Of a stretch of 64,000 nucleotides of DNA, positions 13,030 through 25,324 are shown piece after piece; the stretch's first letter is position 1; every line of letters begins with the position of its first letter. The position numbers were made by a program, and so were the translations under genes. Origin of the DNA: Octopus sinensis (taxonomy: Eukaryota); assembly GCF_006345805.1 (NCBI RefSeq), contig NC_043013.1, positions 1,674,001 to 1,738,000 on the forward strand. Reading direction: 5' to 3'. The notes beneath the pieces were generated by a model that searched no databases, was not told where the DNA came from, and worked only from the letters and a program-made list of their open reading frames with translations.

Positions 13030-13460
13030 TGATCAGGCATACAGTCTGTCTGTGTTACTTTTTGGGTGGAATAGCCCATATCTAGTTAGCAACTTCCTTG
13101 TCTTTCTGTCTAAGATGTTTAGTTCGTCTACTGTCTATGGGGTTACTCTGGCTCTATATCTAACTAGTAAAACTGCCCAGGTATTGATAGCTTCAATCTA
13201 TTGCCGTCCATTTAATTTCGACTTAAGGATCGGTCTCAGTCTGCGCAAGTACTCCACCTTAGATTTTTCGGTCACTTCTTTCTCCATCGATTTATACATT
13301 TCCAATATCCCCAAGTACTTTAGTCCATCTCTTCAATCTGCTGCATAACCTCCCTCAGCAGTATCGCTAGCCCGTCCATACATTTGATTTTGCCTCTTTT
13401 CAAGACTAACATACCACACTTTTTTAGACCGGACTCCATTCTGGTAGCAGCACTGAAAGT
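13030..13460 (-). pseudogene. R4/Dong RT fragment beside an (AAT)/(AAC) tract
   Basis: Minus translation GLKKCGMLVLKRGK...KYLGILE...LKSKLNG...AINTWAV...DRKTRKLLT...HPKSNTDRL. Confidence 0.8.
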
Positions 13461-13496
13461 ATTATTATTATCATTATTATTATTATTATTATTATT

Positions 13497-13559
<63 letters not shown>

Positions 13560-13575
13560 ATTATTATTATTTTAA

Positions 13576-13775
13576 GGCGGAAAGCTGGCAGAATCGTGAG
13601 CGCGACGGGTAAAATACTTAGCGATATTTCGTCTGTCTTTATGTTGTGAGTTCAAATTCCGCTGAGGTCGATTTTACCTTTCATCCTTTTGGAGTCGATA
13701 AATTAAAAACCAGTGAATCAACTAGTCCCCTCACCACAAATTCCAGGCCTTTTATCTACAGTTGAAAGGATCATC
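13576..13775 (+). mobile_element. SINE family A copy
   Basis: ggcggaaagctggcagaatcgt...gagttcaaattcc...cctttcatcctttt. Confidence 0.8.
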
Positions 13776-13800
13776 CTGATTATTATTATTATTATTATTA

Positions 13801-13831
<31 letters not shown>

Positions 13832-14354
13832 GAGTGAGAGAGTAGTGCATGCCAACAAAGTGACACTGGGGTAAAATATACGAAGCCCAGTATACCCATC
13901 ATGACTACCCGTCTGATAAGGGTACACTAGGCACATGCATCACAACCATATGTGCACGACATGGTGATCTCATATCAAGATAAACAGCACATGATCTTGT
14001 AGGTGGGGCCCAGATAGAATTTTCTTAAGGTCGAGTAACCCATCCTGCTCAAAAGGTCCCTGAATAAGGGTTGTTTAAGGATGTTGAACGAAACACCCAT
14101 GTTTCCAGAGGTGAGTTATTCAAACCCCAAAGAATCCCTCTCATGACTATGATGCTCCCCCACTACTTCTGCTCGTGATCAGAGATGCACATATCGTCAG
14201 CCACTAAGGGACATGCTCAACTGGTTAAGGTCAAACAACTGACAAGCAAATTTGTGGTATTGAGCAGAATGTTTGCTGTAGCCCATCTTTTATACCAAGA
14301 CAAAAACAATGTACATGATAACACTTCCAATCAGTTAAGATCAGAAGCCATGAG

Positions 14355-14356
<2 letters not shown>
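13832..14356 (-). mobile_element. (AAT)n-flanked ~554-bp non-coding repeat, copy 1
   Basis: Reverse complement of 48403-48956; (ATT)n on both sides. Confidence 0.85.
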
Positions 14357-14405
<49 letters not shown>

Positions 14406-14464
14406 GTTGTTGTTGTTGTTGTTGTTGTTGTTCTTGTTGTTGTTATTATCATTATTATTATTAA

Positions 14465-14675
14465 GGCGGCGAGCTGTCAGAATCGTTAGACCCCGGGAGA
14501 AATGCTTAGCGATATTTCGTTTGTTTTTACGTTCTGAGTTCAAATTCCGCTGACGTCTACTTTGTCTTTCATCCTTTCGAGGCCGATGAAGTAAGGACCA
14601 GTTGATCACAGGGTTGAATGTAATCGTCTAACCCTTGCCCCTCAAATTTCAGGCCTTGTGCCTACAGTAGAAAAG
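14465..14675 (+). mobile_element. SINE family A copy
   Basis: ggcggcgagctgtcagaatcgttag...gagttcaaattcc...tttcatcctttcg. Confidence 0.85.
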
Positions 14676-15232
14676 ATTATTTTTATTATTTCTTTCATTC
14701 CACATAAATTTAAAATCTGAATGAGAACATTTTTTAATCTTATAAATCTCATCGTAATTGGAGCAGAAAAAATTTTCTTATGAAGAAAAAAGAGTGAAAT
14801 TTGATATCAGTGTTGTGTAGGAGAAAATTTGTTAATTTGTTTGAAAGATATAAAAGAAAAGAATCTAATACTGAAAACTGTGTCAAAACTGGTGGAATCA
14901 AAAGTTTTGTGTATAAACTTCAATGTGCAGAAAAGAGAAAATGGGTTTGGGCTTCACTTTGTATGTAAATAATATTCTTAAACATCGCCAAACTTGCCAT
15001 CTGATGCTTGCATTGTTATGATGAGATGATGCCTCATCTAAGATAAGAGGCTTGGTGTGTTACAAGTATTTCTCAATATTATAATTAAACTCCTTTTACC
15101 TCACATTGGTTGGCTCATCTTTGCTGTCCGGCTTTCTAATTCATTTATTACTGCTTCGTTGGCGTTTTCCCCCTTCGTTTCGCGTTCCTCGCAGACACTT
15201 TTGCATAGTTTTTTGCCGATTTGTCTATTTAC

Positions 15233-15737
<505 letters not shown>

Positions 15738-17810
15738 TATTTCAAGACATTTGCCATAAAGGCAGTACACAGATTAAGTTAGCTTTGCGGGCTGGACGAG
15801 GACATTAATGAAGTGAATGATAATGAAAGACAGATGATAAGGATGGGAGAAGACAAAAAGCGCCCGCCGACTTTCGCTTCTCTAAAACATTGTTCTTTTT
15901 AAAGATAAACACAAAACGAGGTATTAAACCTCTTACAATTTTTCCAATTTTTGGACTTAGCAGTCCATATTAATAAAAATGCAAAACGAGGTATTAATCC
16001 TCTTTCAATTTTCCAATTTTTGGACTTAGCAGTCCATTATTAATACTAACAGTTCAATAATTACATATCGTCCTCGAAATAGCTGTGCCCGCGCCCTCCA
16101 CCATCATACACGCCTCCCTCAGAACGTAATCAAGTTCCGAGTTCGCGTCGCCCGGGACCAAGCTATAATCTTCATTGAGCTCCTTTAGCCCAAGCGTCAC
16201 GTCGAACGCCACGGCCTCCACAGCTATCTGCGGAGGCCATTCGGGGTCCTGTGTGAAGGCTAAAGGTGCTCCCTTGTGGTACTCTTCCATCATTTTTTTT
16301 TCAATTTCTCCTCCTCTATAGAAGAGGACCAATACGTTCAGTTCTTTCGTTGGCGGCACAGTTCCCGCCAACGTCTGCGGCTCATGGATATCAGCCGCCC
16401 GACCTTTCTTTCTTTTTCTCCTCCTTCTTTTGGGGGGACTGCTGACCCAGGGGACTCCGTCACCAGACACGGGGGATCGCTATCCCCCTCCGCCACCTGA
16501 GCGTTCTTTGGCGAGCAGCCATTGTTGCTCGCCTGTCTCTTTCTTTTCGTGGAGGCAACCTCCTCCACGACTTCCACCGTCTCCCCCTCCAATGAGGGGG
16601 CGGCGGGCGCCTTTTTCCCTTCATGCTCCGGGGCACCACCACGGCCCCCGGACAATTCCTCTTGATATGTCCGGGCTTCAGGCACAGGTGACACTTGGGG
16701 GGCGTCCCTCGAGTATCACCGGGTACCTGTGCCCAGCCATTCTCAAGAAGTCCGGGAATTTCATTTCTCCCACGGCCACCGGTTGTCCACAGGGTCAAAG
16801 TTGCCTTTGACCCCTCCCAGGCGACCGCGGGAGCCATTTTCACACTCAGTAGCCTGGGTCCGCTATCCCCCAGGCCTCGCCGGATGGTCTTCTCGATCCA
16901 TTCCGCCTCCGTGCCGGGGGCAGCCCACAAACCCAGGCTCTTTTTACTTTTCTGCCACAATACGAGGGGAGGAACAAAATTTCCTCTCCCTCCTGTGGCT
17001 CGCTAGCAAATCTGCTAGCTTCCTCGGGGTACCAAACAGCAACCACACCGTTGCAAATTTACTCCCCGAGAAATAAACTTTATCGTTGGTAGGTGGTCCC
17101 CCAACTCTTTCTCTATGGTGCTCCTGTCGAAGAGGGCGATAGCTCCACGCGACCTAGAATAGGTTCGTAGGACCACCGTCCTCTTCTCAAGACTTTCAAT
17201 CCACTGCTTGGGTGGGACAACCTCCCATTCCAAAGCAGTGGTTTCTTTTGTTGCCATGATTTTGAAAAAAAGTTCAACTAAAAGTTCAAAGTCCAATAAG
17301 AAAAAAAACACAATGACAGAACAGAAAGACAGAACAGAGAAAAGGACGAAGGAAGACAGTTCAAATAATGACAACACAGTTCTGCAACTGGTAATCCTCA
17401 CGAAACAGGGTACTCCTAGTTGCAGCACACTTGGTTCTCCGTGGTAAATCCAAGCACAATTGGTTCTCCGTGGTAAATCCAAGCACAATTGGTTCTCCGT
17501 GGTAAATCCAAGCGAACAAATTAATTTTTGAGGAGGGGCTATGCCTCTTCAAAATACACAATTCTCACTAAAAGGTGAGACAATAAATACGCCAACAGGC
17601 AGAACAATTACATCCGAAGCAAAGGGAAGCTTATTACGCGCAGAAAAGTGTTAACACTAATTAACATTAATGCCAAAAAAGTATTAACGGCAAGCAATAA
17701 ACCTCACTATGCTTCCAAAAATATCCAAAATGTCCTACCTGTTGCCGTAAATGTTCAATAATTCGCGTTAACACGTGACATTTGCCGGAGCAAAAAACAG
17801 CACGTCTGTC
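15738..17810 (-). mobile_element. TSD-bounded ORF1-only (HAL1-like) retroelement inserted in a SINE head
   Basis: Flanked by TGGTAAGCAAGCTACTT (15721-15737) and TGGTAAGAAGCTACTT (17811-17826). Frameshifted gag-like ORF from about 17257 to 16054 with CHLCLKPGHIKRNC. No RT or endonuclease. Ends ...GAAATAAA on the minus strand. Confidence 0.75.
17425..17511. repeat. 3 x 29-bp tandem repeat in the 5' region of the ORF1-only element
   Basis: GCACA(C/A)TTGGTTCTCCGTGGTAAATCCAA x3. Confidence 0.95.
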
Positions 17811-17939
17811 TGGTAAGAAGCTACTTACCACACAACCACTCCTGCGCCTATGTTTAAAACTTTAAAAAAAATCTTCATCTTTTGTATTTTTTAAAGTTTT
17901 GACTCAATAGCAATTATTTTTATCTCTTGAAAATATTTA

Positions 17940-18167
17940 TTTCTTTATTGCCTACAGAGAGCTAAACACAGAGGGGATAAAAGGGCAGACAAAGGGTTTA
18001 AGTCGATTATATCGACCCCAGTACGTAACTGGTACTTATCTAATCGGCCCCGAAAGAATGAAAGGCAAAGTCATCCTCGGTGGAGTCTGAACTGAGAACG
18101 TAACGATAGATGAAATACCGCTAAGCATTTCGCCCGGCGTGCTAACGATTCTGCCACTCACCGCCCT
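17940..18167 (-). mobile_element. SINE family A copy
   Basis: Core and head match 5620-5851. Confidence 0.8.
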
Positions 18168-18464
18168 TAAAAATATTGTCTGTAAAAAGAGTGAAGTAGC
18201 AGGGAAAATGCGGGTGCAGGAATGGTAATATTCTTAATTAACGAAACTGGGAAATCTTCAAAATATTCTCACTAAAGTTGGAATTTAAATAATATGCTTT
18301 GGGATTAGGAAAAGTAGGGAAAAGATTGAAGAAAAAATCAGAATGCACTTTGGCAGCATGTTGGTAATGGTATTAAATTTGAAGAACTATTTCATTTTCT
18401 CCGTGTGCATGTCTGAGATGATACTCAAAACCACTACATTACATCACACTTTGAAGGCAATGCG

Positions 18465-18859
18465 TTTGCAATCCAGGAACAGGATATTGCCACAAAGTAC
18501 CTGGTGAAAAAGAGAGACAGTGACGCTCTTGTAACCCCAAGATGCAACCGCATGTGTAGGCTATGTCATGCTTCTGTGGAAGACATCACGCCAGTGATTA
18601 GCAGCTGTTCTAAAATGTCGTCTCGGCACTACTTCTCTTCTGCGGATGGCGTTGTAAATTGCTTTAGCAACAACATCGTGCTGCATAGGAGGGTAGCACT
18701 GTGATGACATTTTAGGACAGCTCTAATCACGTGTGAGATATCTTCTACAGGAACATGACATAGCCTACACATGCGGTTGCACCTTGGGATTACAAGAGCG
18801 TCACTGTCACTCTTGTTCACCAGGTACTTTGAGGCAATCTTCTGTTCCTGGATTACAAA
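18465..18859. repeat. Inverted duplication of an R4/Dong zinc-finger fragment (~155-bp arms)
   Basis: + arm 18465-18619 (IQEQDIATKYL...CRLCHASVEDI) and - arm 18706-18859 (IQEQKIASKYL...CRLCHVPVEDISHVI). Confidence 0.85.
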
Positions 18860-19399
18860 GTGGAAGGTCCGCATTTCTTTTAACACAAGGGATAATTCTA
18901 TCAATGATAGACTTACTAATTCTGCCCAAGTCAGATTTGGTTAGGCAAATTAGCCTAACAGTGGGTTATATATATATATAAGCGATATTTTGTAGTTTGA
19001 TCAATCGAGTTGCACAAATACTCGAACTTCATATTAAACTAGGCTGGCTAGTTTTAGTATTCTACATTTGAGTACAACTCCTGCCAATCTTGTCCCTCTT
19101 TTCACTGAGATGGATAAAATAATAGTCATAAAACTAAAATCAGTTCAAGTTACAACGCCGTGTGATATGATCTCCCAGCCAGCCGAAACTGGTGCTCTCA
19201 AAAAATAGAAAACGTGCACTCGTTACAAACATCCCATCTCCACTTTATTCCCCTAAAAACCGAGGCACCTGTGACTCTTCAAGTAAGATTAATTATTCAT
19301 TTCTCTAAAATTACTTTTACTTCTTAGGAACACCCACTTAATACATGAAGAATTGGTATCCTATATTGCCTGCTGCGTTGTGCTTTGTATATCAGGGAA

Positions 19400-21300
19400 A
19401 AACATTTAACATTGAAGAAACGTATAAACATCTGGGAATACTGACAAAATCCAAAGCATAAAATGAAGATAGTAAAATGCAAACTGAATGTGGGAAACAT
19501 CATACAAGCAATGAACCTGAGAGTAGTATCTCTAATAAGCTGCGGAACAAGAATTATAAATGGCGGAAGGATGAGCTAATGGGCCTTGACATAAAAACAA
19601 AGAAGTATTTCAAATCACAAAAAGCATGCATTCCCCAAAAGGCGTGGCCCAGTTATGCTGGAAAAGAGTAGAAGGGACAAGAGAGATAATGAGTGTCTAA
19701 GAGGTAGTAGAGCTGGAAAAGATAAGTCTAGCTTTCTATCGAGATGGAAAGAAGCAGAGCTAATAACAACGTGTAGAATCGAAAAAAGATAAAACAAGAA
19801 ATGTAGGCCCGTCTACAAGTTAACAGAAACCAAGTTGAAAATAATCACCTACTTTATATGGATCATCGTAAATTGTATTCTAAATAACGAGAAAGACCTG
19901 GATTCTCTAATCCAAACAGTAGAAGTATTCCGCAAGGATACTGAAACGTAGTTCGGGTTAAAATAAAAGCACAACGCTTGTTATGAAGAAAGGACGGAAG
20001 ATAAGTTCTGATAGCAGAAAAGAACCACAAAACAACGTCTTTAGATCGTTGTGGAATGATGAGGGGTACACATACCTAGGGATGCAGCAAGACAATCAAT
20101 CATGGAAGGAGAAGGGAAAGAGAAAATCTCTAAAGGATACAAGAAGAGAGTTCGGAAAGTGCTCGAAAAACAATTAAATGTGGGGAATATAATTGAAGTA
20201 ATAAACACATGAGTTACTCCCATATTAAGATATTTCTAAAAGAGGACCAAAGTTGAGTTAGAGAACCTGAATAGAATAAGTTTCCCACAATGCCCAGCGC
20301 ATACCGACAGACTCTGCCTATCAAGAAAGGAAGGAGGCAGAAGAATACAAAACGCAAAAGAAACCGTCACTGCCGCGATATTAGGGTTGAAAAATTATGT
20401 TGTACAGAGTAAAGAAAGAATACAATCGGCAGTTCAAGATGCCCCAAAGTTACTGAAACAGGAGGAGAATTCAAGGACAGAAGGAAGAACTGCAAGTGGA
20501 AAGAAATGAAATCACATGGCCAGTTCATGCAACAAATCGAGAATGTCGGAAGTAAAAAAGGTTGGTTATGACTGAAAGACGGAAATCTTAAACAAGAAAC
20601 CGAAAAGCAAATTATAGCCCTCAAGTCATTAGGACGAATCTGATAACGGCAAAGATCGACAAAACTCAGTCAGATAGCAAATGAAGAATCGGCAGGAAAG
20701 GAGACGAAAGTTACAACCTTCTCTTGAGTGAATGTAGAAACCTTGCTCAAAAAGAGTATAAGCACAGATATATATGATTGCGTTGGTAAAAGAGTGCGTT
20801 GGGATGCTCGCTGAGTGTGCAGTTTCAGAATAACAAATCAGTGGTATGAACAGGACCCAGAGACTGAGATAGAAAATGAGAATTTCAAAATATTATGGGA
20901 ATTCTCCAGAAAAGCTGATCATACCAGTGAGGCAAGAAGACAAATACAATCATAGAAAACAACATAAGCAAACAGTGTCAGATCATAGACTTTGCAATTC
21001 CCCAGGAAAACAGAGTCGATACCAAAGAAACTGAAAGAAAATGAGAAATCCCGGGATTCAGCTTGACAGCGGAAGAGAGAGAGAGAGGGAGAGAGAGAGA
21101 GAGCGAGAGAGAAGGACTGAGATAACAATTATTCCTGTGATAATTGGTGCATACGGCACAACACCCAAAACGCTACCAAGCGGTTGAAGGATATTGGAAT
21201 TGAGAGTCGCATTGTCGGCCTGCAGCCAAAGTACCATTCTGTATTCTGTGAGAATCCTAAGGAAGTTCTTGAGATTTGAGGAGACTAAACATTAAGACAA
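19400..21300 (+). pseudogene. Old degenerate R4/Dong remnants (two overlapping RT pieces running to the endonuclease end)
   Basis: Broken frames with YKHLGIL, NEKDLDSLIQTV, YTYLGM, ILWEF, DFAIP, ending RILRKFL. Confidence 0.65.
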
Positions 21301-21324
21301 TATAAGATATACTTGCTTCATGAT

Positions 21325-21408
<84 letters not shown>

Positions 21409-21409
<1 letters not shown>

Positions 21410-22830
21410 CCACTATGAAGGAAAAAATAAGAAAGGAATACTATAGGAGAATAAGGCTTGTACTGAAGACTGAACTCAACTCCAAAAATTGCATTGAGGC
21501 CATTAACACCCTGGCACTTCCAGTAGTCCAGTACAGTTTTAACATCATTAACTGGAGCCCTACGGAACTCCAACGCTTGGACAGGAAGACATGAAAATTA
21601 CTGACATCCAAGAACATGTACCACCCAAAGGCAGATGTAGACCGCCTGTACCTACCTAGAAGCAGCGGGGGGAGAGGAATGATGCAATTAGAGCTGTACT
21701 ATAAGACCTCCACTGTAGGAATGAACAGGTACCTATCTAGTACAAAGTATTGGATGCTGCGACTTGTGTGCGAACACGAAAGCAGCAAAAAGCTGCATTC
21801 TATTGTCAAGGAAGCTTATAAGTTCGAAAGGGAACTAGACATTAACCTTGAATCAGATGAAGAGCCGGAAACCACTGCTACCAAGCAAGCAAAGCGAATC
21901 AAGCAGACTGCAAAAAAGAACGGGCAGAATCAAATTGAGAGGCGGTGGAGCCAGAAGCCCCTGGATGGACAATATATTCTCCGAAGCCAAAATGCTGATG
22001 TAGACCAAGCAACAACCCATCAGGGGTTGAAGAGTTCAGGATTGAAAGCAGAGACTGAAGGCTTCATACTGGCAGCACAAGATCAAAGCTTGTTTACCAG
22101 AAATTACCAGGCTAACGTTCTCCGAAACGGTACTGACCCTAAATGCAGATTCTGCGACACATTTGACGAAACAATAGACCATCTCGTTTCGGGATGTCCT
22201 GTGCTGACACCAAACGAATACAAAAATCGCCACGATAGGGTAGGAATGTATATACATTGGAAGATATGTAAACACTACAAATTCGGCACTCCTGCAAACT
22301 GGTATGAACACTATCCTCAGCCAGTTGTTGAAGGTAAAAATGTCACCATCCTCTGGGATTTTCCAGTCAACACTGACAGAACGATCAAGGCTAATCGACC
22401 AGACATAATTGTTAAAGACAGGGAAGAAAATACCTGCAGACTAATAGAGGTAAGCGTCCCCACTGATAAAAATATATCTGTAAAGGAATTTGACAAACTT
22501 AGTAAATATAAGGACCTGGAAAACGAAATACAAAAGATGTGGAATCTTATAACAAAAACTGTTCCTGTTATTGTAGGTGCCCTAGGTATGATAAAAAAGG
22601 GATGTCAGAAACACCTAGACAATATCCCTGGAGAACCATGTACTGCCCACATCCTTAGAAAAACCCTATCAATGTAAATTTTTGTGTTGTATTACATGGA
22701 GATATTTCTCTACTTCCCCTCCCCAACCTTTCAGCTATATTACAACAACTCTTAACCTTCACTTGCCCTAGGGCGCTGGGTGTGCCCCGGCAACTGATTG
22801 CATCAAACATGCAGATTAAAAGTAAATGAC
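21409..22830 (+). mobile_element. 5'-truncated R4/Dong element between two (AAT)n tracts
   Basis: ORF 21616-22677: HPKADVDRLY, CRFCDTFDETIDHLVSGC, RHD, ANRPDIIV, LIEVSVP, KEFDKLSKYKDL; one upstream stop at 21592-21594. Confidence 0.92.
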
Positions 22831-22834
22831 AATG

Positions 22835-22896
<62 letters not shown>

Positions 22897-22910
22897 TAAT
22901 AATAATAATG

Positions 22911-22988
<78 letters not shown>

Positions 22989-22996
22989 TAATAATA

Positions 22997-23034
<38 letters not shown>

Positions 23035-23045
23035 TGATAATAATA

Positions 23046-23082
<37 letters not shown>

Positions 23083-23138
23083 TGATGATGATGATGATGA
23101 TGATGATAATGATGATGATGATAATGATGATGATGATG

Positions 23139-23170
<32 letters not shown>

Positions 23171-23241
23171 TAATATAATAATATAATAATAATAATAATA
23201 ATAATAATGATAATATAATGGTGATAATAATAATAATAATA

Positions 23242-23280
<39 letters not shown>

Positions 23281-23294
23281 TAATAATAATGGTG

Positions 23295-23328
<34 letters not shown>

Positions 23329-23355
23329 TATGATGATGATGATGATGATGATAAC

Positions 23356-23392
<37 letters not shown>

Positions 23393-23406
23393 TAATAATA
23401 ATGGTG

Positions 23407-23438
<32 letters not shown>

Positions 23439-23487
23439 TAATAATATAAGATGATGATGATGATGATATGATGATGATGATGATGAT

Positions 23488-23521
<34 letters not shown>

Positions 23522-23572
23522 TAATAATAATAATAATATAATAATAATAATATATAAATGATAATAATAATA

Positions 23573-23651
<79 letters not shown>

Positions 23652-23751
23652 TAATAATAATATAATAATATAAATGATAATAATAATAAAGATAATAATG
23701 ATAATAATATAATAATAATAATAAGATGATGATGATGATGATGATGATGAT

Positions 23752-23792
<41 letters not shown>
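22830..23792. repeat. ~960-bp (AAT)/(GAT) compound array with higher-order duplications
   Basis: Direct reading. Confidence 0.95.
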
Positions 23793-23953
23793 GAGAAGAG
23801 CGCCAGCCTTGACAGCGATGGACGTGTTCCTCAGTGCTCTGACAGTTCGGTGGCTGAAAGCCATAGAAACACTAATATGGGCCAGTTTAGCAACGGGGAA
23901 AATAACTCTCAAAGACTGGAACATCTACAATACCTCGTGAGTATTTGAAATTC

Positions 23954-24873
23954 TCTTCAAAGTGGGTTAAGAAATTTACAAATTTACATATCTGCAGCTT
24001 TCAAACATACATCCGATCGGCTTTAAAAACTTTAATACCCACAACTGCCTCTGTAAGCACCCTTTTTTTTTTCTCTTTAAAAAACATCACGCTTTTCTTT
24101 TTGTGGACTTGCAAAACCCTAAAACTTTCTATGAAAATCTGACTTTTCTTTCCTTCCTCCCAGAATATTCAAATATAAATGTAAACATATACTCTTTATT
24201 GCAAAAACACACCTGTTCTTCTAACTGGACATACAAACATCTCTAGAGGGGTCAACTTCAACCTCCACAATATTACCTTGCACGAAATATACAAACACTT
24301 TTTATTGCAATAACACAAACGCACATGGCAAAAATAATGATGCTAAGATTCTCTCTGGTCGAACACAACTTCTCTATTCACAAATAATACAGAACAGCCC
24401 TTCAAAATAAGTTAAGAAAATTTACAAATTTACATATCTACAGTTTTCAATCATACATTCGACCAGCTTTAAAAACTTTGATACCCACAATTGCCTCTGT
24501 AAACATCCTTTTTTTTTTCTTCTCTCTAAAAACATCACGCTTTTCTTTTTTTTCTTTTTGTGGACTTACAAAACCCTAAAACTTTCTATGAAAATCTGAC
24601 TTTTCTTTGCTTCCTCCCTGAATATTCAAATATAAATGTAAACATATACTTTTTATTGTAAAAACACACCTGTTCTTCTAACTGGACATACAAACATCTC
24701 TAGAAAAGTCAACTTCAACCTCCACAATATTACCTTGCACGAAATATACAAACACTTTTTATTGCAATAACACAAACGCACATGAAAAAAAAAAACAAAA
24801 AAAAAATGATGATGCTAAGATTCTCTCTGGTCGAACACAACTTCTCTATTCACAAACAATACAGAACAGCCCT
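23954..24873. repeat. Tandem duplication of a ~450-470-bp AT-rich unit
   Basis: cttcaaa..gttaagaaa.tttacaaatttacatatct...acagaacagccctt occurs at 23954-24400 and 24400-24873. Confidence 0.9.
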
Positions 24874-25324
24874 TCCTTAATTTTTCTTAAGCCTAATAGT
24901 AGTAAACATCTGAACTTTTTTTGACCGATAGGACCCCACCTAAAAAAAAAAATTAAAAAAATATCACTGATGGTGATGGTGATGATGGTGATGATGATAA
25001 TAATGATAGTAATAGTGCTGATAATCTATCTATCTATCTACACACACACACACACACTCAAAGAGTTCAACCAACACAAAGAAAGTATTATTTGACAGGC
25101 AAGAACTCTGGTGTTGAAGACAGTCAACCAGCCAACCACCAAGCCAGCCAACGAGACAGACAGACAGACACTACTGTGATGGGGATAATGATAAAAAAAC
25201 AAAAATAACAATAATAAGATACTGCTGTGACTACACATAAAACAATATCATTGATGATGATGGTGGTGATGGTGATGGTGATGATGATAATGATGATGGT
25301 AATGGTGGTGATAATAACAATAAT

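Noticed and set aside
17425-17511. 29-bp repeats resembling CRISPR repeat length
   Set aside because: Contiguous with no spacers, no cas genes, eukaryotic context.
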